A stretch of 55,731 nucleotides of DNA, filler included, from Jimgerdemannia flammicorona (taxonomy: Eukaryota), in NCBI GenBank assembly GCA_003990765.1. It is 3 parts of 3 records of this genome, joined end to end, with 100 filler letters (N's around TTAATTAATTAA, not from the genome) between each part and the next. Parts side by side here need not be neighbours in the genome. Positions count along the whole stretch, not along the records: positions 37,228 to 55,731 come from RBNJ01002193.1; 2 more parts are not named here. One strand, 5' to 3'. The notes below the pieces were generated by a model that ran no database searches, was not told the DNA's origin, and saw only the letters and a list, made by a program, of their open reading frames with translations. Numbering within the stretch: the stretch's first letter is position 1; each line of letters opens with the position of its first letter. Below are positions 49,850-55,731 of this stretch, one piece after another. Made by a program: the position numbers and the translations under genes.

Positions 49850-51876
49850 TGTAAGAGAGTTTACTTTTATTTTAGAGTAACTGTTATATAGTTCTGAAAG
49901 AGTTTTCTAGAAGTTCTGGATATTCTGGAAGACTGTTTTCTTATGGTCAAGATCAATTTTATATGGAGTACATCCTCTACACTTATTGATTTCAAGATCA
50001 GATTGATGTCTCAACCAAAGTCTCTTTTCAGACTAGTTCTAGATATTCAGGATTTTTCATATTTCAGAAAGTTTAAGAAACTAAGACCAGCTTAGTTAAA
50101 TTGATATATTGTTGCAGATAATACCCAATTAGGAAATTTCATAATGGGGTTAGGAGTGGGGCCTAATGGGGAGCAGATTTACTTAAGAGTGATTTGTGAG
50201 TTACTAAATAGATTTATTCACTATTTATGATATTGCTATACTAGAAGTAGTTGTATGAAGGGATATTGTGGGAAAGTATTTAGAATTGTTTTTGTATGTT
50301 TGAGTCTGTTTAAGTCCAAGATTCTGAGGTCTGGCGGAAAGGGTATTTATACTAGTGAGAGACTATCTGGACTATGCTGAATATAGATGTAGTACTTAGT
50401 ACCTTGCTGAGTCGAAATATAGTCACATAGTACAAGTGTGATCTGATATGTCAAGAGATCATCTGACTGCTGAGTCAGTTCACAGTTATATCATACAAGG
50501 CTAATCTAACTATCTATAACTGCTAAGCTATTTATAGGTTTAGATACTATCTGAGTAGTCTTCAATGATATCACCATTGATGATATTATCTCTGATAAAG
50601 TAGTTATCTAGAAAGAGTGGTTTGCAGATTACTTCTCCTTATTTACTGAGGTAATAATATATTGGAACTTTGTCACTATCCCACAGGATAGCATTATCTG
50701 TTTCATATGCTGGATAAGGTATTGATGGGTGAAGGAGTGGTGCATCATCTTTGCTTTTATTGGATTTGCTGTCTACATATCTTCTATAGGTTATAGTACT
50801 ATGAGTCATGGGGTTGTAGTAAGCTGGTGGCTGTGGTTCATGTTACTCATACTCAGGTAGTGAAGTGGTTGGTTCAATCTTGAGAATTGTCTGGAGGTAT
50901 TGGTTGTGTTCTTCTGTCTCTTTATTGTAGTTAAAGTAATTAGGGATAAATGTAGGTTGGTATTCATGCCAGTAGTCATTGTCTCAATAGGTCTTATAGG
51001 TAGTTATGAACTATTGTAAGTTCATTAGCAAGGTTGGCAGAGTGATCAGGATTGGCAGAGATTCTTGGCTGGAGGTCATATTAGTGTTGAAGGGATTATT
51101 GTCTTCTGCTTTATCTTTATTGAACCAGATTATATTATAGATATCTTTCATAGCATATCCAACTTGAGGCATTTGTAGGATATGGTCATCAGAGTACAGG
51201 AAGGTTCTGTTTATGGTCTGAATGTACTTAAGGTACTTATAGTTGAGTTCTTGTATCATATCATTGATTTGACTATAGGATAGAGTAGCAATCATTTCAG
51301 CAATAGTAACTTAGAGGCAGGGAATAACAGTGCTATACTTATAAAAGAGTTCTTAGTATTTGTAGGCAATGAGTTTCTGGTATTGAGATATCTGAGTAAT
51401 GTCTGTATTGTGGTGATATTCAACCATATCTTCTAGGAGGTAGCTGATCTGGTAGTAGCTTGAGATTTGTCCAATTTGGTGGGCTTTGCTAAATATGTTC
51501 AGGGCATTCTATCAGGCTTCTATGAAGTAGAGGGATGCTAGACTATGGATATTCATGAAGGGCAGAGGGGGTGTGGCTTAGTTGATAATAGTATTCTAAA
51601 TGTTAGTATAGATATGATTATAGATCTCGGTGGTCATATTTGTATATGTTTCAGAAGTTACAGTTGTTGTTTATTTTGGTTCTTTGTTTAGTATGTCTTG
51701 GTGCTTAGTATATATATATTTAGTCCTAATTGGTAAGATTCTATTTGTATAAATCTTGTATCTTATGACTTTATATTGACTCTCAGTTAGACTCAGCTTC
51801 ATGATTGAGCAGGTGATTTCCAGATTTGTTCAGAGGTCATATGTAATTTTAGTGACTTGGAGGTTGTGTGCTTATA
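49850..51876 (-). mobile_element. Second copy of the long LTR (2,027 bp), 5' LTR of a disrupted element
   Basis: Collinear with 25561-27656. Termini TGTAAG...CTTATA (CA decayed to TA). PBS-like motif adjacent. Confidence 0.9.
50540..51637 (-). pseudogene. Second copy of the LTR-embedded ORF
   Basis: ATG 51637 to TAA 50542-50540 is 1,098 nt, the same as copy 1. Includes track ORF 51011..51295 in frame. Confidence 0.72.
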
Positions 51877-52207
51877 TGGCATATGTATTATCTGGACTTT
51901 CTGATCTGAGTAGTGAAGTGATTGATGAAGCTGGCCAAGGGGTGGATCTGGGCTGGAAGAAGGAGCCAGATCAGTTGAGAGGTCTTATCTTTACTGGTAG
52001 TGAGAGGAGGGCTTAAGCTGGTCAACTTTCTGAAAAGACTATATTTTTTGAGAGTATAGTGATTAAAGAGAGTAGTAGAGTTGAGAGGGGACAGTTGGGT
52101 CTCCCTATTACAGAAGGTCTGGGAGATGAGGTCCTTGCTGAAAGGCTTGACAAGAGATCTCTTATCATTAGTTGAACTTCAGAATACTGTATAACTGAGG
52201 TATAAAG
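51877..52207 (+). mobile_element. Decayed LINE ORF2 fragment flanking the LTR
   Basis: Homologous to the YHLDF...GLGLVDF...LRYKG segment. Confidence 0.8.
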
Positions 52208-55200
52208 GTGTTACAGGATATTCGGTATGAGGCAGATGTGGATTTACAGGATTGGACTAAGGAATGGGGGGGTGCAGTAGTTTGGAGGGAGAAAGTGGGT
52301 ATTCTTGTTCGGAAAGGGATGGGGGACATTGGGGACATTGGACATTGGGGGTCGCGTGTGGTGTGGGGAGTATGGAAGAGGCCTGGATGGGGCTTGCTGA
52401 CAGTTGGGTCTTGCTACTGTCCGGCTGAGAGAGGGGAGAGGGTGGATTGGATTCGCAGATTGAAAGAGGCTGGATTATTGGGAGAAGTTAGGTTTGACTG
52501 TATGGGGGGGGACTTCAACATGGTACGAGATAAGGAGTTGGACAGAACTGATGGAGGGAGAGGCATGCGAGGTGAGAGTGGTGAGTTGGTGGACTGGTTG
52601 GAGATGGAAAGGTTGTGTTCTTTAGTGGACTCAGAGAGACATTTTTGGGTGGATCAGCAGGTGTATACCCATTGGGCAGCAGGACTGGGCTCTAGGATTG
52701 ACTGGGTTCAAACAGCAGAGTGTTGGGGAGTGGATGTCTGGATGGTGCTGGGAGTTGTATGGTGTCCATGGTCTGATCACTGGGGGTTGCTTGGAGGGGG
52801 GAGGTTTGGGGGAAAGGAGGATGGGCCCAGACATTGGCGGCTAAACTCTTCCTTGTTGGAGGATAGAACATTGTGGGAGGGTTGGGAAACAGAGGTGGTT
52901 GGAGATATCGGCAGGTGGCGGGATCGAGGACTGGCAATTGGGGACCGCTGGAGGAGGTTGAAGGTGAAGGCTCAGAGATATTGGAGGGAAGCAGGGAAAG
53001 GAAAGAGTGCTCAGCGAAGGCGGCAGGTGATGTGGGCCTCGCGGTATTTGGCGGCGCTCATGGAGAGATGGGCAGGTGTGCTGGAGAATAGGGCCGAGGC
53101 TGATTGGCATATTGTGAGAATCCGGCAGGGGGTGGAGGAGCTCAAAGAGGTGCTACGAAGGGAGGAAGAGGAACAACTGCAGGAGATGGTGACCCGCTTG
53201 TGATGGCAGGGGCTTGAGGAAGGGGAGAGACCTACCAGGTTCTTGTCGCAGTTGTTACAAGCACAATGAATGAGGCAGTAGTGGGAGGGAGTTTTGGACG
53301 AAGATGGCGAGCTGGTGGTGGGGACCCCGGCAATTTTGGAACTATTGCGATCCCAGTGGGGGAACCTTTGGAGTGAGGATGAAGGGGGACTGGATGCTCT
53401 GGACATTGAAAGGCAGCTGGGGGATTGGCACCCGGACCCTACCATGGGACTTGGGGCATTGGGGGACCCAGTGAGCAGCGAGGAGATTTGCAAGGTAGTG
53501 GCATCTACGAGTAAAGGGACAGCTCCGGGAGAAGATGGATTCCCCTGGGATTTTTGGCAGAAGATGACAGGGGTGCGTGAGGTACTAGAGGAAATGAGGG
53601 CTATGTGTGATGAAGTTCTTCAGTCTAGTGCCTGGATTGGGGGACAGCACTTGGGGCTGGTCTCCTTGCTTTATAAGAACAAGGGCAGGAGGGAGGATTG
53701 GAAGAACTGGCGGCCAATCATGCTTCTGGACATGGACCGCAAACTGGTGATGATGATCATGGTGTTGCAGTTGCAAGGGATTGCACAGCAGGTGCTTGGA
53801 TTGGAGCAATGTGGGTTTGTCGGAGGTCAGTTGATTCGAGATGGGATGGCCTGGGTTCATGGAGTGATTGAAGGTGTCCGGGCTACAGGGGTGGATGGCA
53901 GATTGGTATTTCTGGACCAGGAGAAGGCTTATGATAGAGTGCGGAGAATATGGCTGGAGGGAGTGTTGAAGCAGATTGGTATCCCCCCAGGGTTCCAAGG
54001 TTCATTGGTCAGCCTCTTGGAGGACAGTCAGGCAGCATTGGTCATCAATGGCCACTGGGGGGTGATCTTCCCCCTGGGCCATGGGGTGCCACAAGGGGAC
54101 CCCTTGTCACCCATATTGTATGCCCTTTCCCTGGAGCCACTACTGGACAGGATTCGGCATAAGATTGGCGGCTTGGACATTTTAGGGGTGAACTGGAAGG
54201 TGGGGGCCTTTGCTGATGATATGGTGGTCGGACTGGGTTCCTTGGGGGATGTTGGAGAGTTACAGAGGACAGTGGAATGGTATGAGCAGGGTTCTGGTGC
54301 TAAACTGAACTGGCACAAATGTGAGATGCTGGTGCTGGGCACTGGGATTGTCGGTGGTGATGTTATTGGGATGGTGGTTCCAGCTGGTGAACCAGTGCAC
54401 TACTTGGGGATCTACTTCTTGGTGTTCAGATCTCTTCTTCCCTGGGTATGGTGGGACTGTAAACTGCTGGAGTGAGGTAATGTCTTGATGCGATGGAGAG
54501 GCCGGCATATGTCCCTTGCCGGAAGGGTGATGGTGTTGAATGTGTACTGGATGCCGAAACTGTGGTATATTGGGTATCATTTGGATTTCCCACTGTAGGT
54601 GGTTAAGGGGTTGTTGAAGATGGTGAGGTCGTGGATCTGGGGAGGGCGGCGGAGCCAGATTGGTTGGGAGGTGCTCACACTGCCCTTGGAAAGAGGTGGA
54701 CTGGGCTTAGTAGACTTTACTAAGTGGCTTTTATGTCTGAGGGCCTGGTGGCTAAGGAGGGCAAGTGAGCTTCAAGGTCAGGAGTGGGTGCCACTCATGC
54801 AGAGGTTGTGGGAGGTTCGATACTCCCCATGTGGTGGCTCTGGTGACCTGCTTGCAATGGTGGCCATAGAAGGGAGCTGGAGGATGCAGTTTACAGGCTT
54901 TTGGTGGGGAGCGGTGGATAGTACTAAGAAAATCGGCCTTCGGTGGCGAGGTGACGAGGCCGAGGAGGTTTGGGGACCACAGATGTGGAGATGGGACAGG
55001 CTTCTATTGGGTGGTGTTCTGGTGGAGGACTTTCAGCTTGGTGAGGGTCTGGAGTACCTACGAGGCCTAGACAGAGACCTGTGGCCTGAAGCCTGGCAGA
55101 GGGTTGGAATCAGGGAAGAGTGGGATTGGAATGGGCTCTGGCTTTGGAGCAAACGGGTGAGGCAGTGGCTGCCCCCCAAGTTCTGGTTGGCATGGTGGCA

Positions 55201-55731
55201 GGTCCTTCGGCGGAATGTGATGCTGAACTATCGGTCTGGTCACTTGGTGGACGGTGGGGTTTTCGAGTGCGAGGACTGTTTCAAGTTGGCCAGGAGAGAG
55301 GGGTGGTACAAACACCTGAACATTGGCTTGGCGAGTGTGAGGTTTTGGGGGAGTTCTGGAAATGTATAATGGACAGGTTAGGGTTGGGGGCTGGGGGAGG
55401 GGAGGGAAGGGGGAGATGGGGAGAGCTTTGCCGGCATTTAGTGGGTGGGGTCGGGGATGAATGGCTGACCCTTGGCTGGGCCTTGGCTATGTGGGTTGGG
55501 TTGGCAGGGCATTGGGTGTATGTATTTGAGGACGGGTATCAGGTTGGGGTTGGAGAGAAGGTGGCATGGTGGGAATGGTTGCTGTTGGATATTTTAAACA
55601 GCTGGTGGCGGGGTTGGGGCCTGGGTGGGGGGTACCGCAGGGGTTTGGTGCAGTATATCTCTCAGAAGAGTGGTGGAAGGGTTCAGGTCATGGGTGATCA
55701 GGTGGTACTTGGGCAGGGGGAGGTTGAGGGT
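52208..55731 (+). mobile_element. LINE copy D, 5'-truncated in EN, same subfamily as C1, runs off the window
   Basis: Long ORFs 52208..53203 (EN), 53294..54475 (RT with DQEKAYD, QGDPLSP, AFADD) and 54599..55369. Confidence 0.95.

Noticed and set aside
53294..54475. RT as a retron, group II intron or DGR enzyme
   Set aside because: It is fused to an APE endonuclease, and the family has poly(A) tails, 5' truncations and TSDs typical of LINEs.

Overview
Eukaryotic, probably fungal (inference from short introns with CTAAC/CTCAC branch sites and the TE types), transposon-dense DNA. I could not support any intact host gene. The window is three pieces (1-18520, 18621-37127, 37228-55731; 18,520, 18,507 and 18,504 bp) joined by artificial N44-TTAATTAATTAA-N44 linkers, so adjacency across the gaps should not be trusted. 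Most of it is about 11 copies or fragments of one G-rich L1/Tx1-like LINE family: ~80-nt 5'UTR, ORF1 with RRM-like core and acidic tail, 30-31-nt spacer, APE-RT-zinc-finger ORF2, short 3'UTR, poly(A). These copies are nested in each other and in other elements, several with readable target-site duplications (TSDs). Also present: a Ty3/gypsy integrase end, a MULE transposase pseudogene, a 3-intron hAT transposase pseudogene, four TAGTGCTCC-ended hAT-type elements (two complete foldback MITEs with 8-bp TSDs) and several minisatellites. The standout is a ~2.1-kb LTR found twice: once as a solo LTR with a 5-bp TSD, once next to a primer-binding site and a gag-like region. It carries a 1,098-nt reading frame of unknown function in U3, with its own promoter-like module; the frame has identical length in both copies while the flanking LTR parts differ by indels. 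All repeats show graded C-to-T/G-to-A decay.
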